Below, in pieces: positions 18,707 through 29,088 of a DNA stretch of 64,000 nt. Made by a program: the position numbers and the translations under genes. Origin of the DNA: a virus; the IMG/VR virus record IMGVR_UViG_3300020392_000009, positions 1-64,000 of that record. One strand, 5' to 3'. Under the pieces are notes generated by a model. It ran no database searches, was not told the DNA's origin, and saw nothing but the letters and a program-made list of their open reading frames with translations. Position 1 is the first letter of the stretch. The number at the start of each line of letters is the position of its first letter.

Positions 18707-21301
18707 TCATAATATCGAATTTCTAAAAGAAGAACGCCTATTTATTTTAAGACTAACCATTCTACCTATCTCATCAGCCATTCTTCTCATTTCTTCCTTA
18801 GAAGTATCTTTAGCATTGATGGTTATATTGAAATTATTTACAGTAGAACCCATCATCTGCCTAGATTGATTATTAGTATAAACCCTAGAACCCGCAGGTA
18901 ATTTAACTAATTCCGGCCCTCTTTCTCCAACAAGAGTTGTTTCTCCTAGTCCCACTATTCCTCCTCTTGCTTTTTCTTTTATACCTAAGAATTCCCCTAC
19001 TTTACTTAACCCACCACTAACCTTATCTTTTATTCCTTTTAGAATCTTAACCTGCAATACAGCGTCTTTAAGTTTCTCAACGGTTTCCTTAACACCATCC
19101 CTAACTATATCTTTAAGGAATTTATACACTACAAATCCTAATAAAGCCACTAACCAAACTTTTATTCCCAATATGAAAGCAACCACCATTACAATAGCCC
19201 CTGCCGCTACTGCTAGTTTTCCTTTTGTTGATAGGGCTTTGAATTTTTCCCCCAAAGTAACAACCAATCCGCCTATTATTCCTAAAGCAAAAGTAATTAT
19301 TGTTCCACCAAAAGTAATTAACAATCCAGCCGCTAATTGTAATAGTCCCCATGTTAGGGTAACTAAACTATTAACAAAATCAGTAATGCTACCATCTCCG
19401 AAAACCACATTCCAAAGTCCTTGTAGTCCTTCCCAAATAGTAAGAACAGCAGGTAATATCATACTAAGACCGAACAAGAACACCGTTTTAGCGGCTTCAA
19501 AGGCTTTCATTATAGTTGGGCCGATTAGTTTCAAGGTTATGAATAAAATCGCAATAAAGGCTAAGAAACCAAAGAACAACTTACTTACAAATCTAACACC
19601 AGTATAAATACTAAAACCAATAGACTTTATCATCTTTAATGGTTTATAGGTTTTAAATCTCAACTCCATTTTCTTTCTTTCTTTTGCTAGAAAACTTAAT
19701 GGTTCGCCCTGTTTATCTGTAGCCTCATTAATTAACTTTAACTGTGTCACAATTGCTTCATTTTGGCCTCTTGTTAATCCTTTTACCATAGCCGGAAATG
19801 ACCTTTTTATCGGGTCTGCCTTTGCTTTTATATTAAACATTTCATCGGCAGATATTCCTTTTCTAGTTCCTTCTCTTGTTATTTTTCCTATTTTATTTTC
19901 TGATAATGCAAGTTCTTTTTGTGCTTCTTTTATCTTTTTTTCTACTTTTAACATCTCTTTAAGTTTCTTTTTTCCGGCTGGCATCGAGTTTAGTTTTTTA
20001 TCTCTGTCTAGTTGTAATTGCGCTACCTTCTTTTCAGCATCCATTCTATCCTTCATGGCGGTTTTTAAGTTCTTAGTTTGCTCCTTTATGAGTTTCTTAT
20101 GGTCTTTTCTTTCTCCCATTTTATTTAGTCTTTCAGTAACTTGAACCTCGTAAAAAGATTTAATTCTGTTCTTTAGTTTTTTAGCCTCTATTTGTTCATT
20201 TAATTCTACTTCATATTCTGCTTGAGTTTTTCCTAGTTCTCTTAATTTATCGTAGTATAGTAACTTATTATTAAGAATCTCCGAATCCATATTTTCAGCA
20301 AGGCTAGATAGATAACTCATATTAGATTTTATTCCCATAAACATTTTTGGAATAAATTTCTTTATTGATTGAAGAGAAACAGTTCCTGTTTTTCCCTCTA
20401 GTTTTTCTTTGAAATCTTCCGGAGTAGTGTCACTTCCTATGTTCTGCCTTCCTAGCATAAATCCAGCACTTGTTATAAAACTGCTTTTCTTCTGTAATTC
20501 TCCTTCTTTTTTCAGGCTTTTCATAGTAGACTTATGAAGATTTTTTTGTAGTCTATGTTTTTTAGAAATTAACTTTATATTTTCAGTAAAAAATCCCAGT
20601 ATTCTTTTTTGACCCTTAAATTGGAATTTATACAATCCTAATGTTGCTTTTATTGCTTTTTGAGTTTTACTTTCAGTTTTTTCTGCTTGGTTTCCGGTTT
20701 GTTGAAGATTCTCTCTAATCATTCTAAGAGTGCTACCTACTAATTGTAGAGAGAACCCTATTTTACTTATAGCCCTAAAACCACCCGGAATAAATCCAAA
20801 AACAGCCCTTCTTATTTTAGCCGCTTCAAAGGTAGCGATTCTAATTTCTTCTCTACTAGAAGTTAAAAATTCTGCGAAGTATTCAAGAACGCTCCCGCCC
20901 TGTTTCTTATACTCTAGTAATGATTTACTACTAAATAATTCAAATTTTTTAGGTTTAGCCCTATTACTCAACGCCTTTAGAGTATTATTAAATATAGTAG
21001 TTCTTTTATTAGCCCTAGTAATCGCCACCCCAAGTTGAGTTACTTCATGGCCAAATTCATTTGTCTTTTTACTGCTTTCCTCAACAGTTTTATTGTTCTC
21101 TTTAAGGTTATTATCAAATTTTTCAATTCGCTTATCTAGTTTTTTAAATGTTTTATCGAATGCTTTTTCAGTATTTTTCAAGTGGTCTTGTAAAGTAGCC
21201 ATAGTTCCACTAATATTTTCTATTAGTTCGGGCAAACCCGCTAAACCTAATTTATTTAAATTAGCCTTTGCTTGTGCGGCCTTCATAGCCTTTACGCCCA
21301 T
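18707..21301 (-). CDS. tail tape measure protein
   Basis: Long helical protein with hydrophobic segments; C-terminal ARGGIV..TLVGERGPELV motif; follows chaperone pair. Confidence 0.8.
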   Translation of the reverse strand: MGVKAMKAAQAKANLNKLGLAGLPELIENISGTMATLQDHLKNTEKAFDKTFKKLDKRIEKFDNNLKENNKTVEESSKKTNEFGHEVTQLGVAITRANKRTTIFNNTLKALSNRAKPKKFELFSSKSLLEYKKQGGSVLEYFAEFLTSSREEIRIATFEAAKIRRAVFGFIPGGFRAISKIGFSLQLVGSTLRMIRENLQQTGNQAEKTESKTQKAIKATLGLYKFQFKGQKRILGFFTENIKLISKKHRLQKNLHKSTMKSLKKEGELQKKSSFITSAGFMLGRQNIGSDTTPEDFKEKLEGKTGTVSLQSIKKFIPKMFMGIKSNMSYLSSLAENMDSEILNNKLLYYDKLRELGKTQAEYEVELNEQIEAKKLKNRIKSFYEVQVTERLNKMGERKDHKKLIKEQTKNLKTAMKDRMDAEKKVAQLQLDRDKKLNSMPAGKKKLKEMLKVEKKIKEAQKELALSENKIGKITREGTRKGISADEMFNIKAKADPIKRSFPAMVKGLTRGQNEAIVTQLKLINEATDKQGEPLSFLAKERKKMELRFKTYKPLKMIKSIGFSIYTGVRFVSKLFFGFLAFIAILFITLKLIGPTIMKAFEAAKTVFLFGLSMILPAVLTIWEGLQGLWNVVFGDGSITDFVNSLVTLTWGLLQLAAGLLITFGGTIITFALGIIGGLVVTLGEKFKALSTKGKLAVAAGAIVMVVAFILGIKVWLVALLGFVVYKFLKDIVRDGVKETVEKLKDAVLQVKILKGIKDKVSGGLSKVGEFLGIKEKARGGIVGLGETTLVGERGPELVKLPAGSRVYTNNQSRQMMGSTVNNFNITINAKDTSKEEMRRMADEIGRMVSLKINRRSSFRNSIL

Positions 21302-21317
21302 AACTTAATCACACCAC

Positions 21318-21530
21318 CTATACCTTCATTTTCTTTTGAGCCTTCTCTATCTCTTCTGCTTCAAGTTCCTTAACCGTTTGATGTATAAATAACATTTCCT
21401 TAACTAGACTTACTGGCATTCTATACACTTCTAAAGGACTTATAGAAAAAGCCGTCGCTAAAGTATATACTACTAACTTCGGTGCAAAGTGAGGAGGGCA
21501 TTCTCCTGTTCTAACTGCCTTCCTCATCAT
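21318..21530 (-). CDS. tail assembly chaperone, C-terminal (gpT-like) -1 frameshift extension
   Basis: In -1 frame relative to upstream ORF, just after slippery A AAA AAC; SPLEVYRMP motif. Confidence 0.7.
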   Translation of the reverse strand: MMRKAVRTGECPPHFAPKLVVYTLATAFSISPLEVYRMPVSLVKEMLFIHQTVKELEAEEIEKAQKKMKV

Positions 21531-21889
21531 TCGTTTTTTTCTTCATCACCACTATCGGATAAAGGATTTGGCAAAATTTCTTTAATTTGGTCGCCAATAT
21601 AAGGAGTTAATTTTAGAATATCAATTGCCGAAAGTTTAGGTTCAGTCTTAACAATAAAGTTCTCAACCATATATTTGAACATACCATTAAGGTCAATATC
21701 CATATTTTGAGTTCGAGCATCAATCTTCATCAAAGTATTAACTGCTCTATCAACTTCTATCCAAGTAGGTTCTTTTACCCATACTTTCAGATATTCTTCT
21801 ATTTCGGGTGCTACTTTAATATAATGTAGCGTAGGCTCTTGTGCCGCAAACAGCACACTCTTATCACTTATTATTTTCTTTTCAGTCAT
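21527..21889 (-). CDS. tail assembly chaperone (gpG-like)
   Basis: Between tail tube and tape measure; ends in slippery heptamer; GGTGG RBS before MTEKK. Confidence 0.7.
   Translation of the reverse strand: MTEKKIISDKSVLFAAQEPTLHYIKVAPEIEEYLKVWVKEPTWIEVDRAVNTLMKIDARTQNMDIDLNGMFKYMVENFIVKTEPKLSAIDILKLTPYIGDQIKEILPNPLSDSGDEEKNE
21533..21539 (-). promoter_or_regulatory. programmed -1 ribosomal frameshift site A AAA AAC
   Basis: X XXY YYZ heptamer in the correct frame, one codon before the chaperone stop; -1 frame is open into the 70 aa ORF. Confidence 0.75.
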
Positions 21890-21942
21890 ATTATCCACCT
21901 TCAAAACCAACAAACAAACAAACGGTGTTGGTGGAATGTAAC

Positions 21943-22074
21943 TTATTCAGACTTTGGTTCTTCTTTTTTCTCCTCAGTCTTTTTAGTTGTAGCCTTCTTA
22001 GGCTTAGATTTAGCCGCAGTCATTTCTGCTTTTTGATTCTTTATCATTATCATTTTTTCTTGTCTTGTAACCAA
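21943..22074 (-). CDS. small Lys-rich protein (43 aa)
   Basis: Read by hand: TTG start after GGGGTGA; MVTRQEK...KSKPKKATTKK. Confidence 0.45.
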   Translation of the reverse strand: MVTRQEKMIMIKNQKAEMTAAKSKPKKATTKKTEEKKEEPKSE

Positions 22075-22078
22075 ATAA

Positions 22079-23935
22079 TCACCCCTGCAAAACCCAATGT
22101 GTTTTAACTGTGCAAAGTGTTAGATTTCTAGGCATTACTGTTGCTTCTACTGCAATTGGCCCTTTATCATCTGCAATTGGGAAATTATTAGTATTTACAA
22201 AATAATCAGTAAAGTTTAGAGTAATTGCTTCTCCATTAGGTTTGGTGAAGACTAACTCAATAGTTTGTGTTGTGTTTTCTGTATCATCTCTAAGTGCTTT
22301 GTATAGAGCATTGTTGGTAACATGGCCAGTAAATGAAATCTCATATGTCCTTTGTGCGGGTAAAGATTCTTGAACTTCCTTACTTCCCACTCCTAAGAAT
22401 CTTCTTTCTGCGAGGTTATTATTCATGGTCAAAGTTAAGGTGTTAATCTTTAGGAAGTTTTCACCTAGAACTTTGAAAGTTCCATCAGAAAAGAAGAAAG
22501 GTTCTCTAAACTCTTGAGCCGCATTTGCCCCAGTAGATTCTCCTTCATAATTGAAGAAGTCTGCTTCGTTACTTACACCTCTTCTAGCATCATATTGTTC
22601 TGTTTCTTTTGGACTGTGAACATTTCTAGGATTTAGGCTCAAAGTCATCTTAACTTCTTCATTTTCATTTGCAGTCATTGTTAGAGTATTAACTCTATTT
22701 CCTCTAGCAATTTGAACAAAAGAGTTATCTTCATCTTCTGTTACAGTAAATGTTAGACTTGAACCAGTAGCGGTAGCGGCAGTAGTTAATTCTGCCTTAG
22801 TGCCACTAACAATTTGTGCAATTTTAGTATGAGCAGGAATGCCTGTTCCGCTAATCAACTGACCAACTTGTAATTTTGCAGAATCAGCATTATCTGTATA
22901 AGTAATTGTAGTGCTTCCCGAATTAGTAGTTCCTGCCGCAAGGCTAAAACTAGTAGTATCTGTTCTAAATGGTGTAGTTGCCGCTAATTTACTATCACTT
23001 CTTTCAATAGTAAAGGAAGGTAAATTGTCTGTATCTGCTTCTTGAAATGTATATGTAATAGCGTTTGTTATTTGCCCATCTGTATTAATTGTTGGCCTTA
23101 TCAAAGAATCCATATTAGCAATATTTCCAACTGCGTTATCTGCTAAAGGCGGGCAAATATCTTGACCTATTGTTCTGTAAAAGAATGGCCCAGTATCAAC
23201 AAATCCACCAATATCTTTACCCGTTCCAAAAGGAACATTAGCGCCTGCTGAATCTAATCCTTCAATCATAATAGCATTCGCATCGTTTGAATCTGCTGTA
23301 AATCTATCATCGGGTGAATTATCTGATGCGGCTAATTCGGCAGTAGAACAATTAATATTAGTGCATCTCCCTAAGAAATAATATAACCAAGCACCATGAT
23401 TTGCTACAAAATTTAAATCACCGTTTCCAAAGTTAGTAATTCCTTTGTATTGGTAAGTAAAGTTTCTAGTTCCACCTAGAGAAATGTTTGTCTGCTTAAA
23501 GTCCGGCTCTACTGTTGGGAAAGTAGCAGATTCTAAAATTCCTAACCATTGGTCTGATAGTAATCTCTTAGCAGTAGAAGTTGTTGCCGGAACAGGTGCG
23601 CCATATGCTCTAATTATAAAATAATCATCTTGATGGGGAGTAACAGTATCGGTAATAGTTACAGTATCAGCAGTATTAGATTTTATTCTATGAGTAGATA
23701 TTAGACCATCAACAGTATATCTTTCCAATAAACATCCCGCATACAAATCTTCTAACAAAGAAAAATTGCCAGTAAATCCGGATGATGCTTTTATTTGATT
23801 AGTCGTAACTGACCCGTTAGTTGGAAAGGCAGAACTTCCTCCTGCTTGCACCCCAACTCCCAAATATAAATCACATTCGGGTATAAATGTTAAACTTGTT
23901 CCTGCTCCTAAAAATATATCTTGATTCAATGCCAT
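22079..23935 (-). CDS. major tail tube protein with inserted domains
   Basis: Tube motifs (GNRVNTLTMT..EEVKMTLS; LTLTMNNNL; YEISFTG); position before chaperones. Confidence 0.75.
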   Translation of the reverse strand: MALNQDIFLGAGTSLTFIPECDLYLGVGVQAGGSSAFPTNGSVTTNQIKASSGFTGNFSLLEDLYAGCLLERYTVDGLISTHRIKSNTADTVTITDTVTPHQDDYFIIRAYGAPVPATTSTAKRLLSDQWLGILESATFPTVEPDFKQTNISLGGTRNFTYQYKGITNFGNGDLNFVANHGAWLYYFLGRCTNINCSTAELAASDNSPDDRFTADSNDANAIMIEGLDSAGANVPFGTGKDIGGFVDTGPFFYRTIGQDICPPLADNAVGNIANMDSLIRPTINTDGQITNAITYTFQEADTDNLPSFTIERSDSKLAATTPFRTDTTSFSLAAGTTNSGSTTITYTDNADSAKLQVGQLISGTGIPAHTKIAQIVSGTKAELTTAATATGSSLTFTVTEDEDNSFVQIARGNRVNTLTMTANENEEVKMTLSLNPRNVHSPKETEQYDARRGVSNEADFFNYEGESTGANAAQEFREPFFFSDGTFKVLGENFLKINTLTLTMNNNLAERRFLGVGSKEVQESLPAQRTYEISFTGHVTNNALYKALRDDTENTTQTIELVFTKPNGEAITLNFTDYFVNTNNFPIADDKGPIAVEATVMPRNLTLCTVKTHWVLQG

Positions 23936-23962
23936 AATAACCTACTCTTTTAAACTTACATA

Positions 23963-24493
23963 CTAAGACGGGATGGTTAGTCCAAATCTCTTTACCTCAA
24001 GCGATACTTTATATCCATATAATCTTTTTCCTCTATCATTACTTTCGGTTCTAGAACCTAAGAACAATTGATGAATTTTCGAGCCATCACTTGCGGTAAA
24101 TCCTCTTCTATTATCTTCTATTACTTTTCTTAAGATAGCGTATAAATCTCTTAATCTATCTCTTCCATAATTTAAATTATTATTTGCTCTTTCGTCATGT
24201 ATAACTCTAAGGTGCAAAGTAAAAGAATAAGTTTCATTTCTAATATCATAATGAATTGTTGGGTAGGCTATGCTTTGAGAATCTTCAAAGACCAATATAG
24301 TTGCTCCGCCACCACTATTACTCATATCATATCTACTTCCTTTATTTGGTTGTAGTGTTCTAACATCAATAACAGTGGGAGTAACTATATTTCCATCTAA
24401 AGATAAAGCGTCTCTAGCCCTACTCCATCGAGAAGAACTTTGTCCTGCATCAGTTCCAGTTAGTAATTCTACGATAATACTGACTTCATCCAT
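23963..24493 (-). CDS. putative tail terminator/neck protein
   Basis: Size, alpha/beta pattern and position upstream of tube. Confidence 0.5.
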   Translation of the reverse strand: MDEVSIIVELLTGTDAGQSSSRWSRARDALSLDGNIVTPTVIDVRTLQPNKGSRYDMSNSGGGATILVFEDSQSIAYPTIHYDIRNETYSFTLHLRVIHDERANNNLNYGRDRLRDLYAILRKVIEDNRRGFTASDGSKIHQLFLGSRTESNDRGKRLYGYKVSLEVKRFGLTIPS

Positions 24494-24684
24494 GCCTCTA
24501 CCTCCTGTTTAATTGAGTTATTCACTTTTTTAAGTATTTCTTCTTGTGCAAATTTAATAACTTCTTCATCACTAAAACTAATGTCTATCCCTAATTGCTC
24601 GGATAATTGTTGAGTTGCTAGTTGTCTTTCTTTCTGTATTCGCACTAGTTCATTTATTTCCTTCATGCTAATATAGAATGCCAT
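24469..24684 (-). CDS. hypothetical neck-region protein
   Basis: 71 aa ORF coupled to neighbours. Confidence 0.5.
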   Translation of the reverse strand: MAFYISMKEINELVRIQKERQLATQQLSEQLGIDISFSDEEVIKFAQEEILKKVNNSIKQEVEAWMKSVLS

Positions 24685-24689
24685 AATAA

Positions 24690-26072
24690 TCAGTCCAAGA
24701 AATAAACTAAGTCCTTTTTTCCATTAAGAGTTTCCATAGCCTCTTTTCTAAGAATATCATATTTTTCTTTTGTAGAAATATTAGCCCCTGTTTCCGCCAC
24801 TAATATGCTTTGGTCATCGTGCCTTAGTATTTCAGCCGCTACTAATTTAGTTGTGGCTTCGTGTATTTGAGCAGGAACTCTTCCCTCTCCTGCTTCATAT
24901 GTTACTACAATAGAGTTCTTACTGTGGAAAGGATATTCCTGCATAAAGAATATTCTTCCTTCATCTGCAATAGTCCAAAAATCTCCTAGCCTTCTAACAT
25001 CCTCTTTGTCAGTAAATCGAGATACCGAACACACACTAGGAACATCTTGATTTACTGAAACAAAATTAAGTGTATTTGTTCCAGCAGTTATTCCTGAACC
25101 GCTATTTAAAACAACAGTAGTTGCATCTGTAATAGAACTAATTGTTTTAGTTCCTGTTATTCCCGTTCCGCTAACAACCATACCAACAGCAAGTTTTGAA
25201 GAATCTTCAACTGTAAGATTTGCAGAAGATAAAGTAGTAGTGCAAGTTTGTTGAGTTGTTATTTCTACTACACAATCAGAGCCATCATCTCCTGCCAATA
25301 AAGAAGAAATTAGAATATTACTTCCGCTACTTTTATCTTTTGAAGCATAGAAAAAGTCTGAAATAGATAGTTGACTGGTTGTATCTAGTAGTGACTTATG
25401 ATTTCTAGCCTTCGTGAAAGATTGAGTTTTACTAGGCTTTTCTTCATTAATTAGAGAAATAAGTTCATTAGCAGTAGTCTTTATTCCAAACGCATTGTTA
25501 AATTCGCTGTCTAATAATCTTGGAGAAGAAGTTGTAACTATTTTATTTGATGATTCCAAATTAAAAGAATAAGTGCTATTTGGTGTTTTAAGGGTTATTA
25601 TTTTTATTTCTGTATGATTTTCTAATAGTCTTATTTGCGCTTGAGCCGAAGCGAGTTCCTCATATTGACTACCCTGCCAAACTTGTAATGATACAATCTT
25701 TCTAACCTTTAATTTTGGTAGTTGTATAAATCCAACATAACCACCATAATAGGTATTCATTGGTAAGTTTTTAAATTGAAAATCGTGAAACTCATCTCTA
25801 GTAATTATAGGGCGATACGAACGCTTGGTTGTTTCATCAACTGTTCCTTCTATTCTTTTTATTATCTTACCTACTTGCGCTCTAGTAGGATAAGTTGTGT
25901 CGGTAAAATGCGCTATTTGTAACATATCTGCAACAGAAGCAAAGTCCGTGTAAAATCCTACTCCTTTGTCATATGCCCCAGTAAAAAATCCCAATGCTAT
26001 TGTATAGGTGGCAACCCCGTTTACATTCTCATCAAAAGAATAGTCGCTTGGAAATCCAGTTGTTCCCATCAA
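24690..26072 (-). CDS. head-tail adaptor (gp6/gp15-like) with insertions
   Basis: YTDFASVADML N-terminal helix; VVTYEAG..RVPAQIHEATTKLVAAEIL C-terminal motif. Confidence 0.7.
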   Translation of the reverse strand: MMGTTGFPSDYSFDENVNGVATYTIALGFFTGAYDKGVGFYTDFASVADMLQIAHFTDTTYPTRAQVGKIIKRIEGTVDETTKRSYRPIITRDEFHDFQFKNLPMNTYYGGYVGFIQLPKLKVRKIVSLQVWQGSQYEELASAQAQIRLLENHTEIKIITLKTPNSTYSFNLESSNKIVTTSSPRLLDSEFNNAFGIKTTANELISLINEEKPSKTQSFTKARNHKSLLDTTSQLSISDFFYASKDKSSGSNILISSLLAGDDGSDCVVEITTQQTCTTTLSSANLTVEDSSKLAVGMVVSGTGITGTKTISSITDATTVVLNSGSGITAGTNTLNFVSVNQDVPSVCSVSRFTDKEDVRRLGDFWTIADEGRIFFMQEYPFHSKNSIVVTYEAGEGRVPAQIHEATTKLVAAEILRHDDQSILVAETGANISTKEKYDILRKEAMETLNGKKDLVYFLD

Positions 26073-28420
26073 TATCCCTCTATTGTTTCTCTAATATCTA
26101 GTATTCTATTACTTAGGTCATCTAAGTGTTCTCTCATGGCTTTATTTTGCCCCCTTCCTCTTAGTGGGCTTAGATTAAAAGAGGCATATTTTTTAAGATA
26201 GACGCTATAAAATACTGAAACATCTTCTTCATTATCTACCATTTTTGGCTTACCTTTTTCATCTTTTTCACCGCTATCTACTTGCATTAAATCTTCAACA
26301 GTAAATGCCGACGCTTCGTATTTATCTTTACCGAACTCACTACCTTCTATTATCTTAGAACCCTCAACAATCGCAGTTTCGGAAACTAAAGGAAGAAGAA
26401 TATATATTTGAGCCGCTTGCTTATTAGTTTCATAGAGTTTAATCCATCTTTTAGTAGACATTTTTTTCTCTACGCTAATATCATCTAAGTCTTGTTTGTT
26501 TAGTTGCTGTGAACTCAACCTTCTTCTAGAATCCGTTCCACCTTCTGCCGGAGTTATCTTAGGAGTTGGAACAGTTGCCCCCGCAGGCCCAACTATATCT
26601 TTATCGCTATAAGAGATTCCTAGAGCGTCTAACAGTCTTTTAGAATAAGATTCAGTAGAACCAAAAGTGCTAGGCAATTTTACATTTTTTTCTCCTGTTA
26701 AAATATAATAGTAAAGGTCTGCCTTTTGTCCTTCATTAAGACCTAAATCAGCATATTTACCGATATCAGTTTGTTTAACCTTATCTTTTCTATAAAACAC
26801 ATAATCGGAAAATGCTTCTCCATACTTTTCTTGCACTACTTTAAAGTCGCCTTGTTCTATTTGTCTTGCTTCTGCTTCTGTAATAGGTTCGCTTCTTCTA
26901 TCTATATATGCATATTTTAGTCTCTCTTGGCCTTGAAAATCTGAATCAAACAGAGCCTTATCTTTAAATTTACCAATTCCTTCTCTTTTTATCATTTCAA
27001 ATTTTTCATCAAAGAAACTATGAACTATCATTCTTATCTTATTGTTACCAAACCCAAACTTATCGTATGCTTTTTCTGCTTTTTTATAAACAGGATTGTC
27101 ATTAAAAATCAATAAATATTTATTTCCATCTACTTCTATTTCAGTTGTAGCGGCTCTTAATTCATTATATTGAGCAATTATTTTCTGCCTCTCTTCTTTT
27201 AATTTATTGTAGATTTTTTGCCTAGCATTCTTATTTTCTTCACTATCTCCCTTTAGTCTATCGGGTATTCTGTATTCTTCCATAGGTATCAATGGATATT
27301 CTTCTTCCGCAGTAACATCAAAGTTTAGATTAATAGCAAACGCTTTTGGTATTCTATACTTTAAGGCAGTGAATTTACTATATTTATCTTTTATTTTACC
27401 ATCATCATCCGGTAGTGTTTCTTTTACTCTCTGTGTTAATGTTTTTACTTTCTTTTGTTCTCTAACAAATGAGACCTCCACCATTAATTGATAGAGCGTT
27501 CCGTCTTGAACCATAGTGTTAAAGTATTCATCACCAATTGTTTCATCAAACCACTGTTCTAATTTTAAATTAAGTTCGTCTATAAACTTATAATCAAACT
27601 GTAGGCCATCTTTAATTTCACCATCTTCTATATATTCATTCATTGACGAAAATTTAATTGCGTTTTCAATTCCTTTTTTATCTATTGCACTATCAATTAA
27701 GATTTTTCCTCTCTTTGGTAGGAAAGTAACTTCTGCGCCCGTATATCTAGCAATTATATTTTGTGCCTTTGTAATTAGTTGTTCCATATCGCTATTTGTT
27801 GGAAAGGTCATAACAGAGTGTGCATTCTTAAACCCCCTATTGTTGCTTTTTGAAAAACTTAATTTGTTTTCGCCTGTTATAGTTTTAGCAGTTTTAAATC
27901 TTATTTCTGACTCTATTTCTAACGATAAAGAATCACTTTCAAATTCTTCATCTGACATATCTGCTTGCGATATTACAGCAACAATATCCTTTCTAATTTG
28001 TTCTCCTACATTAGCAATATCGCTGACTACTGTTCCACTTAACTGAGCAACTAATTTTTCATCAAACTCAGGATTATCTTCTTCTATATTTTTAAGACTC
28101 GCCTCTGCCAGCATTTTTTCATCTTCTTCTTTTCTTTTTTCAGTCCTTCTCTTGACAAAACTACTGTATGCCTGTCTGTTAGATTTTAAGTATAAAGTAA
28201 GAGGATTCTCTAATAATTCTTCAAAAACACTTTTTAGTTGTTCTATTAATTGTTTAGGGTCATTATCTCTTGCCTCTATTAAATTTATTGACTGCTCAAT
28301 GAGTTCAACGAAACCCTCGTCTTTACTAGTTCCTAAAATGTATTTTTCCATCTGTTCATTAATAAAATCTGATGCGGCAGGAAATCTTCTAGTTACTCCA
28401 TCGTAATCAAAAGCAACCAT
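26069..28420 (-). CDS. large hypothetical (probably virion) protein
   Basis: 783 aa ORF, no recognised motif. Confidence 0.55.
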   Translation of the reverse strand: MVAFDYDGVTRRFPAASDFINEQMEKYILGTSKDEGFVELIEQSINLIEARDNDPKQLIEQLKSVFEELLENPLTLYLKSNRQAYSSFVKRRTEKRKEEDEKMLAEASLKNIEEDNPEFDEKLVAQLSGTVVSDIANVGEQIRKDIVAVISQADMSDEEFESDSLSLEIESEIRFKTAKTITGENKLSFSKSNNRGFKNAHSVMTFPTNSDMEQLITKAQNIIARYTGAEVTFLPKRGKILIDSAIDKKGIENAIKFSSMNEYIEDGEIKDGLQFDYKFIDELNLKLEQWFDETIGDEYFNTMVQDGTLYQLMVEVSFVREQKKVKTLTQRVKETLPDDDGKIKDKYSKFTALKYRIPKAFAINLNFDVTAEEEYPLIPMEEYRIPDRLKGDSEENKNARQKIYNKLKEERQKIIAQYNELRAATTEIEVDGNKYLLIFNDNPVYKKAEKAYDKFGFGNNKIRMIVHSFFDEKFEMIKREGIGKFKDKALFDSDFQGQERLKYAYIDRRSEPITEAEARQIEQGDFKVVQEKYGEAFSDYVFYRKDKVKQTDIGKYADLGLNEGQKADLYYYILTGEKNVKLPSTFGSTESYSKRLLDALGISYSDKDIVGPAGATVPTPKITPAEGGTDSRRRLSSQQLNKQDLDDISVEKKMSTKRWIKLYETNKQAAQIYILLPLVSETAIVEGSKIIEGSEFGKDKYEASAFTVEDLMQVDSGEKDEKGKPKMVDNEEDVSVFYSVYLKKYASFNLSPLRGRGQNKAMREHLDDLSNRILDIRETIEGY

Positions 28421-28429
28421 TTAACCAAC

Positions 28430-29086
28430 TCACATTAACCATTTAGCCCAAGCCGCACCTTTCTGTATTGCACTACCTAAACCTAAACCGCTTTGTGGTG
28501 GTTCATAACTCATTTGTCCTTGAGCATCTATCCAATATGGTCTACCATATCCATCTGTTCCGCTAGGTGGAATAGGATATCCACTACCATTATTCATAGC
28601 GCCCTGCACTTGTTGGTATTGTTGAGTTTGTCCTGTTATTCCTGCTATTGCCATACCTGCCGTTGGTTGTGTTGGCATTTGACCTCCTCCACTAAATCCT
28701 TGCGATTCTAAGTATTGTTGTTTTGCTAGTTTTCTTTGATTAACTACTTCTGTGTTAATAGCGGAGTTTAGGAGTTTTTGAATGTCTAAATCTATATTTT
28801 CCTGAGTAATCTTTTCGTATTCTCTAAGTGAATCAGCATTCACAATAATATTACTACCATTAGAAGTAAGTTTTAATTTTGCTAACATTTGACTAACCAC
28901 TCTTTCTATAACATCTTCCATCATCTGTTCTAAAGCCGTCAAAAACATTTCTCCGTGATATTGGAAAAATTCTTCTACATGATTATCTTGTAGAGAAAGT
29001 AGGTTGTTCATTGACTTGAAGTTATTTTGCTGACCTTGTTGAACAGCCCCTAAAACCGTTCCATTACTTGTTCCTAATATTCCCAC
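28430..29086 (-). CDS. Gln/Gly-rich protein with WW-like segment and amphipathic C-terminus
   Basis: DGYGRPYWIDAQGQMSYEPP; GAAWAKWLM end. Confidence 0.5.
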   Translation of the reverse strand: MGILGTSNGTVLGAVQQGQQNNFKSMNNLLSLQDNHVEEFFQYHGEMFLTALEQMMEDVIERVVSQMLAKLKLTSNGSNIIVNADSLREYEKITQENIDLDIQKLLNSAINTEVVNQRKLAKQQYLESQGFSGGGQMPTQPTAGMAIAGITGQTQQYQQVQGAMNNGSGYPIPPSGTDGYGRPYWIDAQGQMSYEPPQSGLGLGSAIQKGAAWAKWLM

Positions 29087-29088
29087 AT

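Noticed and set aside
21905-21925. Short CAAA microsatellite upstream of the tail chaperone
   Set aside because: Only about 4 units; could be a U-rich terminator on the minus strand but too weak to call
16796-26072. Contractile tail sheath
   Set aside because: No sheath-like ORF recognised between neck and tube genes; layout fits a non-contractile tail
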